From the IMG/VR virus record IMGVR_UViG_3300033562_001863, positions 1-59,489 of that record: a stretch of DNA of 59,489 nt. One strand, 5' to 3'. The stretch's first letter is position 1, and every line of letters begins with the position of its first letter. Of this stretch, positions 1 to 9,728 are shown in pieces. The position numbers and the translations under genes were made by a program. A model generated the notes under the pieces. That model was not told the origin of the DNA, searched no databases, and was given only the letters and a program-made list of their open reading frames with translations. Origin of the DNA: a virus (Duplodnaviria > Caudoviricetes).

Positions 1-177
1 AAAGTTGCCAGAATATTAAATAGAGAAACTAGCTTTAAGTATCATTTAGAGTTCTTTGAAAATGTAAATGGGCATACTTGCGGCGGTAGTGTCGAAATGG
101 GTCATGGGTACTATATTGGAGATAGGGAAATGGATGACTTAGAGTTAGTCAGTAAACAACTAGAGTTCCCATTCTAG
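1..177 (+). CDS. Partial (5'-truncated) small SH3-like family protein ending QLEFPF
   Basis: Frame 1 is open from base 1: ...EFFENVNGHTCGGSVEMGHGYYIGDREMDDLELVSKQLEFPF*; aligns by eye with ORF 13392-13658. Confidence 0.8.
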   Translation, partial: KVARILNRETSFKYHLEFFENVNGHTCGGSVEMGHGYYIGDREMDDLELVSKQLEFPF

Positions 178-184
178 AAAATAC

Positions 185-213
185 TTGACAAAGTTTTTAT
201 TTCATGGTATAAT
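185..213 (+). promoter_or_regulatory. sigma70-type promoter (repeated family)
   Basis: TTGACA-N17-TATAAT with TG extended -10. Confidence 0.85.
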
Positions 214-264
214 AATAGTACAAGGAAATAGCTCGTATGAGCGAAAAAACTTATAGGGGGTTAT

Positions 265-546
265 ATGAAGAAAGTGTTTTGCCTTTATTCTATTTATGGT
301 TCTGGCGATGGAGACACCGAGTTTCAACTGGAAGCAATCTGCGAAACCATAGAAAGGGCTTTAGAAGAAGCAAAGCGTGTTTTTTCTTATTTTAAAGACC
401 GAAGAATTAACCCTATCAATAAAAAAATGAATATCGAAAATAGCTTTACCTTCATTGGAAGTAGAGAAGACGCAGATGAAATCCACGGATGTGGTTATGA
501 CAATGCTGGCGGTTTCGTAATAGAAGAAACAGAAGTTCTATCGTAA
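265..546 (+). CDS. hypothetical protein
   Basis: ORF with GGGGG RBS after promoter. Confidence 0.75.
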   Translation: MKKVFCLYSIYGSGDGDTEFQLEAICETIERALEEAKRVFSYFKDRRINPINKKMNIENSFTFIGSREDADEIHGCGYDNAGGFVIEETEVLS

Positions 547-589
547 TAAATCCTATTTTAAGATATAATATATTGAGGAAGGGGGAAAG

Positions 590-982
590 ATGAAAATGAG
601 TAAAAATGTGGCAAATGTTGTCACGCTCGTTTCTACGGTACTATTGATACTGTTGATAGTATTCACAAGTTCCTGTGGTTTGGCGGCAAGGTCTGCCTAC
701 GGCGTAGCGCAGCGAACGCTTGACCCGGACAAGATTATCGGGGACTACCACTGGTTTGAAGACCAGTACGGTGTCATCAAGTCGATGGGCTTCAACATCG
801 AGCAGAAACAGGCAGAGTTCAACTCCATGGAAAATGGAGACGCCAGAGAGCGTATGCGAATGGAGCTGTCTGGTATGAAGGCCGTGTATTCAAGGAATGT
901 CCAAGAATACAACTCAAAATCTCGGCAGATAGATAGGGTGCTTTGGAAAAGCAAAGACCTACCTTATGAAATAACGCAGTAG
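590..982 (+). CDS. predicted lipoprotein
   Basis: Basic N-terminus, hydrophobic stretch, lipobox FTSS-C. Confidence 0.7.
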   Translation: MKMSKNVANVVTLVSTVLLILLIVFTSSCGLAARSAYGVAQRTLDPDKIIGDYHWFEDQYGVIKSMGFNIEQKQAEFNSMENGDARERMRMELSGMKAVYSRNVQEYNSKSRQIDRVLWKSKDLPYEITQ

Positions 983-1007
983 CACAAACATCCAAGGGGG
1001 AAAAAGA

Positions 1008-1541
1008 ATGAAGAAGATTTCAATGTTTCTGTTGGCCGTGATAGCTTTCACTATCACTTCGTGCGGACTTGACCTATCAGGCGGCTACGTCCCAACAGCG
1101 CAGCAGACGGCAGAAGTTGCATCTAAGGAATCGGCAAAGGTATCCTCAACTACCATTCCTGTTCCGAATCTCTCCTACTTTCAGGAGAGGCGAACCATCG
1201 CAAAGTGGGCTGAAAGGTGGGATATTCCCAACGTTGTAACCTATGTCTATCTTGTGTCCTACGGGAACATTATTGGATACTATGTGGCTGATGGTAAGCC
1301 CGCTTCTACTCGTTCGTATGTTACTCCTGAAAATACCTTTGTACACGGCGTCGATGTGGGGGAAAGTTATGGAGATGTCCTTGTGGAGGCTCCCGATATA
1401 GACGGAACCTATGGAGAAAACAACTCTGGTATTCGTTTCTTCACGGCAGATGGAGCCGCAGTAGAATGGGGAGGCAATGGAGCAACCTATCTGTATAGCG
1501 ATGTGCCGTTGTCGATAAACGTTCCCTTGCTCCATAAGTAG
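1008..1541 (+). CDS. predicted lipoprotein, paralog of 1590-2093
   Basis: Lipobox ITS-C; shares PVPxLSYFQERRT, DGKPASTRSY, APDIDGTYG with next ORF. Confidence 0.75.
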   Translation: MKKISMFLLAVIAFTITSCGLDLSGGYVPTAQQTAEVASKESAKVSSTTIPVPNLSYFQERRTIAKWAERWDIPNVVTYVYLVSYGNIIGYYVADGKPASTRSYVTPENTFVHGVDVGESYGDVLVEAPDIDGTYGENNSGIRFFTADGAAVEWGGNGATYLYSDVPLSINVPLLHK

Positions 1542-1546
1542 CTCCA

Positions 1547-1576
1547 AGCCCCACCTTTTGGTGGGGCTATTTTTTC
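1547..1576 (+). terminator. Rho-independent terminator
   Basis: AGCCCCACC-TTTT-GGTGGGGCT followed by T-run. Confidence 0.7.
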
Positions 1577-1589
1577 ATAAGGAACAAAA

Positions 1590-2093
1590 ATGAAGAAGTT
1601 CATCGTTCTATTCATTGCCATACTGGTAATGTTTTCTTCGTGTTCTATTGAGCCAAGTGCTCGGCAAAAAGCAGACACCGCTTCAAGGAGTACGGCAGAG
1701 GTAGCCATTTCTACCATTCCAGTCCCACAGCTTTCCTACTTTCAAGAGCGAAGAACAGCCAAAAAGTGGGCAGAGTATTGGGATATTCCCAATGTCATCA
1801 CATACGTCTACGTAGTAGCCAATAATGGCTCCATAGTAGGGTATTTTGTAAGTGATGGTAAACCCGCTTCTACTCGTTCATACCTGACGCCAGAGGAACA
1901 GTTTTATTCCTATGGTAATTCTACTATTGTGTCTGCTCCCGACATAGACGGAACCTATGGAGACAATAACCCCGGCATTCGTTTCTTTACAGCAGAGGGT
2001 GTCCCTGTAGAGGTTGGAGGCAACCTTGGCTATATCTATAGCCCTGCCCCATTGCCGCTCAATGTTCCGGTGCTTACACCAGTCAAGAAGTAG
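1590..2093 (+). CDS. predicted lipoprotein, paralog of 1008-1541
   Basis: Lipobox FSS-C; tandem paralog. Confidence 0.75.
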   Translation: MKKFIVLFIAILVMFSSCSIEPSARQKADTASRSTAEVAISTIPVPQLSYFQERRTAKKWAEYWDIPNVITYVYVVANNGSIVGYFVSDGKPASTRSYLTPEEQFYSYGNSTIVSAPDIDGTYGDNNPGIRFFTAEGVPVEVGGNLGYIYSPAPLPLNVPVLTPVKK

Positions 2094-2112
2094 CTTAAAA
2101 ACTAACTAATAG

Positions 2113-2140
2113 AAAGCCCTACCATTCTGGTAGGGCTTTT
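2113..2140 (+). terminator. Rho-independent terminator
   Basis: AAAGCCCTACCA-TTC-TGGTAGGGCTTTT. Confidence 0.7.
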
Positions 2141-2144
2141 GCTA

Positions 2145-2173
2145 TTTACAAAGTTTTGATTTCAGGGTATAAT
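2145..2173 (+). promoter_or_regulatory. sigma70-type promoter
   Basis: TTTACA-N17-TATAAT. Confidence 0.75.
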
Positions 2174-2194
2174 AATAGGGTGGAGGGCAACAAC

Positions 2195-2419
2195 ATGGCA
2201 ATACAAGATGCTATAAGTTTTATAAAGAGCAAAGCATTTAATGACTTACAGTACCTCTTTGAGCATGAAGTTAGTTATTGCTGGCAAGAAGAAACTCCTG
2301 ACGAGGTAAGGGCAAGTAGGGCTGGAACTATAATAAGAAGAGCAAACGAAGAAATAAAAAAAGCAAAAGAAAAATACAGGTCGAAGGTTGCGGAAAACTC
2401 TAACAGTTCTATCCTATAA
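2195..2419 (+). CDS. hypothetical protein
   Basis: ATG at 2195 after GGAGG. Confidence 0.65.
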   Translation: MAIQDAISFIKSKAFNDLQYLFEHEVSYCWQEETPDEVRASRAGTIIRRANEEIKKAKEKYRSKVAENSNSSIL

Positions 2420-2430
2420 GGAAGGTTACA

Positions 2431-2718
2431 ATGCCAACAGTTGATAAAGAAACACTGATAAGAAACTGTAAAATAATAATAGAAAAAGGAAAGTGTGTTG
2501 ATATTTTCTCAGAATATACTAAAACAATCTTTCGTGTAACTTGTGAAACCTGCCCTTTTACTTATCACCATCGTGAAAACAGCTTTGTAGATAAAGACAA
2601 AAAAATAGGTTGCGTAGAAAAGCTTGGATGTTTTGCTGAAAATGGGGATATAAAAGTTGCTTGGTTCAAAAAATGGTTGGCTAAAAATACTACTCCAGAA
2701 CAGTTTGAGCTTTTTTAG
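2431..2718 (+). CDS. Cys-rich small protein (NCKIII...WFKKWL family) ending QFELF
   Basis: Paralog of 9463-9723 and 10761-11000. Confidence 0.75.
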   Translation: MPTVDKETLIRNCKIIIEKGKCVDIFSEYTKTIFRVTCETCPFTYHHRENSFVDKDKKIGCVEKLGCFAENGDIKVAWFKKWLAKNTTPEQFELF

Positions 2719-2731
2719 AAAGGAGAAACAA

Positions 2732-3289
2732 ATGGATAAAGATTTCGCGTTAAGCAAAGGCATTTATCTTGAAGTTATCTCCTATGTACAAGAAAAACAC
2801 GCAGACCAATATAGAAAGTTTAGCATGGCTCCTTACTGGGTTCATCCCATACAAGTAGCTTGCTTGATTCAGAAATATAAAAAATCCCACAAAATAGATG
2901 AACTTGTGATTGCTTCCTTGCTCCATGATGTAGTAGAGGACACTGACACTACCATAGAAGAAATAGAAGAACTGTATGGCTCACTTGTAGCATCTTTGGT
3001 TGGAGAACTTACGTCTGATAAAACTGAAATAAAAATACTTGGTAAAACAACATATCTTTCTAGTAAAATGAAAAAGATGAGTTCTTGGGGTTTGGCAATA
3101 AAGTTATGTGATAGATTGAATAATATATCTGACCTTATATATGCCGACGAAGCATTTAGAAAAAAGTATATAAAAGAAACAGTGCTTATACTAAAAGCAC
3201 TAGAAGAAAGAGAGCTGACTTCAACACACTTAGAGATTATAAAAAGTATCAAGAGTTTTATTAGCATAGTAGCGGGGGAAAACCAATGA
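2732..3289 (+). CDS. HD-domain hydrolase, (p)ppGpp hydrolase (SAH/MESH1)-like
   Basis: HxxQxRK..PYxxHP, LLHDVVEDT, KLCDRLNN motifs; AGGAG RBS before ATG 2732. Confidence 0.85.
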   Translation: MDKDFALSKGIYLEVISYVQEKHADQYRKFSMAPYWVHPIQVACLIQKYKKSHKIDELVIASLLHDVVEDTDTTIEEIEELYGSLVASLVGELTSDKTEIKILGKTTYLSSKMKKMSSWGLAIKLCDRLNNISDLIYADEAFRKKYIKETVLILKALEERELTSTHLEIIKSIKSFISIVAGENQ

Positions 3290-3630
3290 ACGACCTTAAT
3301 AGTATAATACTCGAAGGAGTAGCTAAACTGGATGAACTACACGAAGTTCCTGGTGAAGAAGAAGTTTCTATTACTGTTTATAGTACAAAAACAAAAGTAC
3401 AAGTAATAGCTAAAAGCGCACTTGCTTTATCTGTGAGGGATTTTTGTGTTGGAGTAGATGCTTTTAGGTGCAGAGTAGTTGGTAGGCTAGAGTATGATGG
3501 TGGCGGTGTTTTTCTCGTAGCAGAACATATAGAATTCAGGCCCAAGCCCGAAGTTAAAATCCGGATTCCTTTTATCGGTTATCCAATGAAATATAGAGTA
3601 AGAGACAAACAGAAGAAGTTTGATTTCTAA
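3286..3630 (+). CDS. SSB-like OB-fold protein (spirochete-type), ends QKKFDF
   Basis: MNDLNSIILEG...RVVGRL...VAEHIEFRP resembles spirochete SSB-family proteins (recalled, not searched). Confidence 0.6.
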   Translation: MNDLNSIILEGVAKLDELHEVPGEEEVSITVYSTKTKVQVIAKSALALSVRDFCVGVDAFRCRVVGRLEYDGGGVFLVAEHIEFRPKPEVKIRIPFIGYPMKYRVRDKQKKFDF

Positions 3631-3635
3631 AAGTA

Positions 3636-3664
3636 TTTACAAAGTTCCATATCTATGGTATCAT
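3636..3664 (+). promoter_or_regulatory. sigma70-type promoter
   Basis: TTTACA-N17-TATCAT. Confidence 0.65.
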
Positions 3665-3690
3665 TATAGCAGCAACTATATGGGGGTTTT

Positions 3691-4620
3691 ATGGCAGTAG
3701 ATATGGTTTTACTTTTGGATATTTTTAATATATACTCTTCTTCTGGCGAAGAGAAAGAAATGGCAACTTTCATTATGGGACATCTTTCCAAAAATGGAAT
3801 ACCATTCAAAACAGATGCTTATGGCAATATATTTAGCATAAGCAACAATACTCCTTTGCTATCCTCTCATATGGATACAGTAATGAGGGAGAGGAAAATG
3901 TTTGATTCTCGGCCTATAACTGTTATTAAAAATCTTCTAACCAACAAGATGGAAGTAAGGGGAGAAAGGCCAAGAATAATAGGTGCTGACGACAAATGCG
4001 GTATCTATATAATACTAAAACTCCTTGAAGAGAAAAAGGACATAAACTTTTTGTTCTCTACTGGAGAGGAAGTTGGAGCAGTTGGAGCATTTGGCTTTGT
4101 TGAGGAAAACAACTTGACACATATTCCCTATGCCATAGTTCTAGATAGAGGACATAGCGGGGATATCATTTGCTCTAAAAACAACTACGGAACAAAAGAG
4201 TTTGAAGAGGCTCTTGAAAAAATAGGTGTTGGCTTTGGTTATAAATCAACGGGCGGTGTTTTCTCTGACTGCGATGCCATTAACGGGAAACTGTCCTGTG
4301 CCAATCTTTCGGTTGGATACTATGGCGCTCATTCGTTCAAAGAATATTTTGTCATAGAAGAAATGGAAAATGCTTTAAACTTTACGAGAGCTATCCTTGA
4401 AAATATAAAGGAAAAGTTCCCAGCACCAGATCTTCATAAAGTATATTTTTCAAGCAGACTCGATGATATATTTGTGAAAAAATGTTCTGTGTCTGGAGAG
4501 ACAAATATTGAAAAACTTATCTTCCTTGAAAAATATGGAGAGTACATTAGTATCGATGTTGTGCGCGAACTTATGATAAGGTTTAATCTTGTTCAAGATA
4601 AAACTATTAAAGGTAAGTAA
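3691..4620 (+). CDS. M20/M28-family zinc peptidase
   Basis: SSHMDTV, GADDKCG, GEEVG, SD, NLSVGY..H motifs. Confidence 0.85.
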   Translation: MAVDMVLLLDIFNIYSSSGEEKEMATFIMGHLSKNGIPFKTDAYGNIFSISNNTPLLSSHMDTVMRERKMFDSRPITVIKNLLTNKMEVRGERPRIIGADDKCGIYIILKLLEEKKDINFLFSTGEEVGAVGAFGFVEENNLTHIPYAIVLDRGHSGDIICSKNNYGTKEFEEALEKIGVGFGYKSTGGVFSDCDAINGKLSCANLSVGYYGAHSFKEYFVIEEMENALNFTRAILENIKEKFPAPDLHKVYFSSRLDDIFVKKCSVSGETNIEKLIFLEKYGEYISIDVVRELMIRFNLVQDKTIKGK

Positions 4621-4641
4621 AACATATTATAAGGAGTATCT

Positions 4642-4887
4642 ATGGTTGATTCTTCAAAGATAACCCCTTTCCCTGTTTTTCTTATTCAGGATTTAATAAA
4701 CATAGGAATACCTGAAACTTGGAATAGAAAAATACTTTACGGCGACAAATATATAAATACACTCAACTCCCTTATTGTAACTCAAGGTAAGACAACTGAT
4801 GATTGTTATGATAAGATTTTCAAAGTTCCAGATAGCCAGATGGTGGAGATGCCAGAGAACTTTTTTGATGGATCATTTACTCTATAA
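4642..4887 (+). CDS. hypothetical protein
   Basis: ORF with AGGAG RBS. Confidence 0.6.
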   Translation: MVDSSKITPFPVFLIQDLINIGIPETWNRKILYGDKYINTLNSLIVTQGKTTDDCYDKIFKVPDSQMVEMPENFFDGSFTL

Positions 4888-4893
4888 AAACTC

Positions 4894-4922
4894 TTTACAA
4901 AGAAAACTACTCATGGTATAAT
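4894..4922 (+). promoter_or_regulatory. sigma70-type promoter
   Basis: TTTACA-N17-TATAAT. Confidence 0.75.
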
Positions 4923-4956
4923 AATAGCACGGGACAAGAAAACTAAGGAGGCCACT

Positions 4957-5235
4957 ATGAGCAAGACTTGGGATGACGGTGCTATTCTCTATAAAGATAC
5001 AGAAGATGAAATCAAGATGATGGAAGAGCAGGAAGTCACGGCCAAAAATCGCGGAGAGGTTTATGGCGCTCATTGCTCGTTCCACGGCAAGGCAAGGGGA
5101 AGCTTCAAAACAAACACGAAGGTTTCTGTCCCCAGGGTCAAGAAAATGCACGTCAATACTTCTTCCAAGGTTTGGAAGGATTATATGGACAAGAAGATCT
5201 CTTTCGCTCAGATGAAATCTACTCTCGGCATATAA
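4957..5235 (+). CDS. hypothetical protein
   Basis: AGGAGG RBS. Confidence 0.7.
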   Translation: MSKTWDDGAILYKDTEDEIKMMEEQEVTAKNRGEVYGAHCSFHGKARGSFKTNTKVSVPRVKKMHVNTSSKVWKDYMDKKISFAQMKSTLGI

Positions 5236-5248
5236 GGAGAAATGGCAA

Positions 5249-7006
5249 ATGACAGAAGATGACAAGAACAATCTAGTTATTCTTGACAAAATGTTTGAGA
5301 AAAACTTTGACCTTGACCCAAAGTCGATAGAGTTTGCCAAGAACTGGCTTCGTGAGCCAAAACTTGACCCGAAGTTCGCTGCCATAGTGGGTGATGACTT
5401 TCGCGCTCGGTGGGATATTCCCGTTAGTGATTTTGGTGAAAACAAGGACAAGGCATGGGCTTTGTTCCAGATGTATTTTGGTAGTGGAACTTGCTCTTCG
5501 CTTGGTATAACATATGATGCGTTCTTGTCAAATACCTGTAAGGTTGGTAAGGACAATGTAAAAATAAGCAAAGTTCTCAACAAGTGTTTTGCTTCTAACC
5601 CCGGAATCTTCAAATCGCTTATATCCAATCAAGGTAGGCAAGTTTTTGCTGACCTCAAGGTTCCAGTAGACATTGGGGCCATGATTAGCGAATCGAATGA
5701 AGAGAAAATAAAGGGAAATATAGAAATATATATCACCAGAGCGAACGAAAAAATAGGGCAGATAAAACTACCCAAAGAGCAAGCTGGCTATCAGATAGTT
5801 CTTTCGTTCAACTTTGTTGATTGGCTCCTGGCTTCTACCGGAGATAGTTTCACTTCTTGCATCGGACTTGAAAGCTCTCATGGATATTGGTTCGGCCTCC
5901 CTTTTATGCTCGACGACAGGAGTAGGGGCTTCCTATACATAACAAAGAAGGTCGCTGAAAAGAAAGAATATCTCGGACTTAAGGCAGATCATCTCTCAAA
6001 TAGAGAATGGGTTTTTCTTGCGAACGACGATACGCTTCATGGCTTTAGGTGGTACCCGAAAGATACCCCTGTTGAGATTACTTTTCCTATGTTGTCTAAG
6101 CTAACTGGATTAAGTATTTCCAGTGAAGGATTTACAAAGTCGAAGTATCCTATAGGCGAAAATATTCATGTAAAAAATACAAATGTTTTTTGTACGCCAT
6201 ACCTTGATAATGTTGGAATCCAAAAATACTCAGAGGATGGTAAATATTACTATTCAACCCGTAATGGAAGTTCTGGAGCAAATATTTGTGGAGATAGGCA
6301 CAATGGTTCAAATATATATAATGGCTCTATTTTGCTTAAGACTCTATATAAGACTGGACTTGGCAATATAGAGGCAAGAGATTATTCAGTTTGCTCGCAG
6401 TGTATGGTAAAATACAAAAGAACAGAAATAAGATTTTTTGACGTTGTAAGTGAGGATGGTGTTTCCGAAAGTGTTTGTCCTACTTGCTACGAAAAGAAAT
6501 ATACGAAGTGCGAAGAGTGCGGAAGAACACACATAAAAGAAGAACTAAAGAAAACCAAGGATTATAAAAAAGGCATTTGCAAATCTTGTTTTAGTTCTTT
6601 ATATATAAAATGCGAAAGCTGCGGAGAAATTTCTCTGGCGAGAAGTTTGAAGAATGGCATATGCGAGAAGTGTGTTACAGACACGACTAAAATAGTTATC
6701 TGCGAATACAGCAAGGAACTTCTTGTGAAGAAAAAGGCATTCCCTGTTTACAACAAAGATACGATTTGGTATTTCAAGGATGCTGATGCCTATTCTTTGT
6801 TTGCCGAGGACGAAGGGTTGAACAAGAAAAACTTCAAAGGTTGTGATACTTGTGGAGAGGTAAGCCATAATTCTGTATTGATACAGAGTTACACTGGCGA
6901 AGTGATATGTAGAAAATGCGCTGACAAAGCAGCATTAAAGAAGCAGTTATGGTTTGACTTCAGTGTTCCAAAGAAAAAGAAGGAAAAAGCAGTAAAGGCC
7001 GGGTAA
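5249..7006 (+). CDS. Cys-motif protein (NFxDWxLxSTxxxxxSC family) with C-terminal CxxC zinc ribbons; sub-terminal QLWFDF
   Basis: NFVDWLLASTGDSFTSC...YWFGLP...D..R shared with 45071, 48096, 49529; many CxxC pairs. Confidence 0.75.
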   Translation: MTEDDKNNLVILDKMFEKNFDLDPKSIEFAKNWLREPKLDPKFAAIVGDDFRARWDIPVSDFGENKDKAWALFQMYFGSGTCSSLGITYDAFLSNTCKVGKDNVKISKVLNKCFASNPGIFKSLISNQGRQVFADLKVPVDIGAMISESNEEKIKGNIEIYITRANEKIGQIKLPKEQAGYQIVLSFNFVDWLLASTGDSFTSCIGLESSHGYWFGLPFMLDDRSRGFLYITKKVAEKKEYLGLKADHLSNREWVFLANDDTLHGFRWYPKDTPVEITFPMLSKLTGLSISSEGFTKSKYPIGENIHVKNTNVFCTPYLDNVGIQKYSEDGKYYYSTRNGSSGANICGDRHNGSNIYNGSILLKTLYKTGLGNIEARDYSVCSQCMVKYKRTEIRFFDVVSEDGVSESVCPTCYEKKYTKCEECGRTHIKEELKKTKDYKKGICKSCFSSLYIKCESCGEISLARSLKNGICEKCVTDTTKIVICEYSKELLVKKKAFPVYNKDTIWYFKDADAYSLFAEDEGLNKKNFKGCDTCGEVSHNSVLIQSYTGEVICRKCADKAALKKQLWFDFSVPKKKKEKAVKAG

Positions 7007-7015
7007 GGAGATAAA

Positions 7016-7342
7016 ATGAAAGTTCTTCTGGTAGAGGATAGCACCTATAGAATAGATGACTTCAAAATCTTGGCTAAAGCAAGAAAATGGGATTTGTGCA
7101 TAGCTAAGACCTACCAGAAGGCCATTTTATTTCTTATACTCTTTAAGTTTGAAACCATATATTTAGACCATGATTTAGCCAGTGATAAAACTGGATATGA
7201 TGTGGCTAAGTTTATAAAGAAACATAATATAAAAAGCTCTATCTATATACATAGTCAAAATGTTGTAGGAGCAGAAAACATAAATAGGATTCTTCCATAC
7301 GCTGAAAGGGTTCCTTTCCATCTTATCAGAGAGAGGATTTAA
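7016..7342 (+). CDS. cyclic-phosphate-processing receiver-like domain protein
   Basis: LLVED, YLDHDL, TGYDVAKFI, IHSQNVVG motifs. Confidence 0.7.
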   Translation: MKVLLVEDSTYRIDDFKILAKARKWDLCIAKTYQKAILFLILFKFETIYLDHDLASDKTGYDVAKFIKKHNIKSSIYIHSQNVVGAENINRILPYAERVPFHLIRERI

Positions 7343-7894
7343 ATGAATGAAAACGAAGCAATAAATCTGTTAAATCTGTGGCGATCCGTATCATTAACCG
7401 ATGACGCCTGCGAGTTTGCTGACCATGTTGGTATCGATTATGATCATGCTGCGGTCTCATTTTATTTAGGTTACAAAGCTGCCATAAACTCGCTGGCCGT
7501 GGAGCCAACAAAGCCCAAGATATCCAAAACCTGTTGGACGTGCAGAAAGAACAAAGGCGATAAGGACTGCGCAGACCACGACCAGCAGTACATGGGAGGG
7601 TGTCCTATTTGGGCTAGCATTGCACCAGAAATTGTAGAACCAAGTGATGATGCTGACGAGATAGCATGGAATATTGAAGGCTTATTTCATAAGAGGGAGC
7701 ATTATACAGACGATCATGAAAAGATAAAGTCTATCATAACCGCCCGCGACGAGCGCATCAGGCGGGAGTGCGCGGACAGGGCTCGGGAGGCGATAGTGAG
7801 TAAGCGTTGTTCCGTGATTCATAAATCTATGGCGGCTAATTACGCAGAACGAGCCATCCTCGGCACCGAGCCAGCTCGGGAGGAATCAGAATGA
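7343..7894 (+). CDS. hypothetical protein (higher-GC patch)
   Basis: CxxC..C..C cluster; ITARDERIR repeat also in next ORF. Confidence 0.65.
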   Translation: MNENEAINLLNLWRSVSLTDDACEFADHVGIDYDHAAVSFYLGYKAAINSLAVEPTKPKISKTCWTCRKNKGDKDCADHDQQYMGGCPIWASIAPEIVEPSDDADEIAWNIEGLFHKREHYTDDHEKIKSIITARDERIRRECADRAREAIVSKRCSVIHKSMAANYAERAILGTEPAREESE

Positions 7895-8424
7895 ACGAAC
7901 TTAAACCATGCCCGTTTTGCGGCGGAGAAGCAAGGCGAATTGATATCGATGCTACCAAGCCATCGGTACCTGACGCTGGTGCATCTTATATAGCTTGCGG
8001 AAGATGCTATGCCTGCTCGCCCATTATGTTCGGAGAAAAAACAGGTCTTGAAGAGTCATGGAATCGCCGTGCCCTCTCCACCATCGACCCCGATGCGAAG
8101 CCGAAAGAGCTAAGCAAGGATGTGCGTGATTTTACCCTGCAACTTACCAAGAGTTACGACACCTTGGGGGTTACTTACAAGAGATTGGATTGCCTAGATG
8201 CCCTCATAACCGCCCATGACGAGCGCATTCGCAATGAATATGAAAAAGTTATAAAACTTAAAGATGAAGCTAGAATAAATAATATACATCATTGTGCAGA
8301 AGTGATAAAATCGTCTAATGAAAATACAAGACAGAAAGCTTTGCTAGAAGCAGCTATGGAAATAGAGAAGATTAAAAAGCTGCTTCAAGATGAATATGAA
8401 TCTCAAGCAGGAGAATCGCTGTGA
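7891..8424 (+). CDS. Lar-like restriction alleviation zinc-finger protein
   Basis: LKPCPFCGGEA...C..C...WNRR. Confidence 0.7.
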   Translation: MNELKPCPFCGGEARRIDIDATKPSVPDAGASYIACGRCYACSPIMFGEKTGLEESWNRRALSTIDPDAKPKELSKDVRDFTLQLTKSYDTLGVTYKRLDCLDALITAHDERIRNEYEKVIKLKDEARINNIHHCAEVIKSSNENTRQKALLEAAMEIEKIKKLLQDEYESQAGESL

Positions 8425-8451
8425 GAAAAATACAACGAATAAGGAAAACAA

Positions 8452-9171
8452 ATGAAACTATTTGTTACAGGAGATATTCACGGAACACACAGCATAAGCA
8501 AACTATATAAAGAAAACTGGGAAGAAAAAGAGTACGATAGTTTTACAAAAGAAGATGTCATGCTCGTTACTGGAGACCTTGGGGCTGTATGGAATGGTGG
8601 TAGTGAAGATAAGGAAGTTCATAATATTTATGAAACACTTCCTTTTACTACGGTGTCTGTAAGGGGAAACCACGAAAACCATGAACTCATAAACCAACTC
8701 CCTTTGGTTGAGAAGTTTGGCGGTATGGTTAGAAAAATAAATGATAGCTTGTTTTTTCTTGAAACAGGCAGCATCTATAATATAGGCAAATGTTCTGTTC
8801 TTGCTTTTGGTGGCGGGTTGTCAATAGACAAAGAATACAGAATTCCTGGGAAATCTTGGTGGCCGGAAGAAATACCGGATATGGATACATTCAAGAGAAC
8901 ACTCGATCTATTAGAGAGAGTAAAGAAAGTAGATATAGTTTTAACCCACGCTATTTTTCAAAGTTCTTTCTTTGAAATACCTCGCAAGTTTGGATTGTCT
9001 CCTTTGAGCAGCCCAAAGTTTCAAGACCCACTACTGAATATGCTTGAGGCAATAAAAGCAGCTGTCAAATATAAGAAGTGGTTCTGCGGGCATTATCATA
9101 TAGATTACATCGACAAAGTGAATAAAGTTGAATATCTATATAATGATATAGTGAAAATAGGAGAGTGGTAA
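8452..9171 (+). CDS. calcineurin-like metallophosphoesterase
   Basis: GDIHG, GD, GNHE, TH, CGHYH motifs. Confidence 0.9.
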   Translation: MKLFVTGDIHGTHSISKLYKENWEEKEYDSFTKEDVMLVTGDLGAVWNGGSEDKEVHNIYETLPFTTVSVRGNHENHELINQLPLVEKFGGMVRKINDSLFFLETGSIYNIGKCSVLAFGGGLSIDKEYRIPGKSWWPEEIPDMDTFKRTLDLLERVKKVDIVLTHAIFQSSFFEIPRKFGLSPLSSPKFQDPLLNMLEAIKAAVKYKKWFCGHYHIDYIDKVNKVEYLYNDIVKIGEW

Positions 9172-9479
9172 TGTCTAAACTATACAGGGTAGTTAGAGAA
9201 GAAGAGGCTATAGAAAAGGTTAGAAAATGCTACCGTATTTCTAAAGAGAAAGCCACTGAAAGAGTAAAATATGGAAACTTATTTCATTTTTCTCCTGGTA
9301 TTAGTGTAATACCTTATTCTTTGAAAAGGAGACTTGGAAAATCTTTTAGAAGAGTTGATGAAAAAACAATAAGATTTTCTGGAGAAAAAGATACTCTTAC
9401 TTATAGTAAAGAAAGAGTAGAAGAGCTTTTAAATGTATATATTTTCTCCGAGGCAGAACAATATGAGTTCGAGTTTTAA
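9171..9479 (+). CDS. hypothetical protein ending QYEFEF
   Basis: ORF; C-terminal tail motif. Confidence 0.7.
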   Translation: MSKLYRVVREEEAIEKVRKCYRISKEKATERVKYGNLFHFSPGISVIPYSLKRRLGKSFRRVDEKTIRFSGEKDTLTYSKERVEELLNVYIFSEAEQYEFEF

Positions 9480-9723
9480 TTTTAACGATACTGACGAGAA
9501 AATAAAGGTAACTCTTGTTTCTAACTGCAAAATGATAATAAAAGAAAAAAATTGTGAGGGTGTTAGGTGTAGTATTATGACTTGCCCTTTTTATTTTGAG
9601 AGTGGTAGTTCTGACTGCGTGTCTATTTTTGGATATTTTGGTAGAGACGATGATAAACCAATGATTTGGTTCAAAAAATGGTTAAAAAAATACACATCAA
9701 TGCAATATGAGTTTGATTTCTAA
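9463..9723 (+). CDS. Cys-rich small protein ending QYEFDF
   Basis: Paralog of 2431 and 10761; start uncertain (9433 or 9463). Confidence 0.7.
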   Translation: MSSSFNFNDTDEKIKVTLVSNCKMIIKEKNCEGVRCSIMTCPFYFESGSSDCVSIFGYFGRDDDKPMIWFKKWLKKYTSMQYEFDF

Positions 9724-9728
9724 AAGTA

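Noticed and set aside
227-250. Sarcin-ricin loop mimic in leader hairpin
   Set aside because: Lacks the AGUA-C-GAGA-G-GA arrangement; treated as a simple leader hairpin
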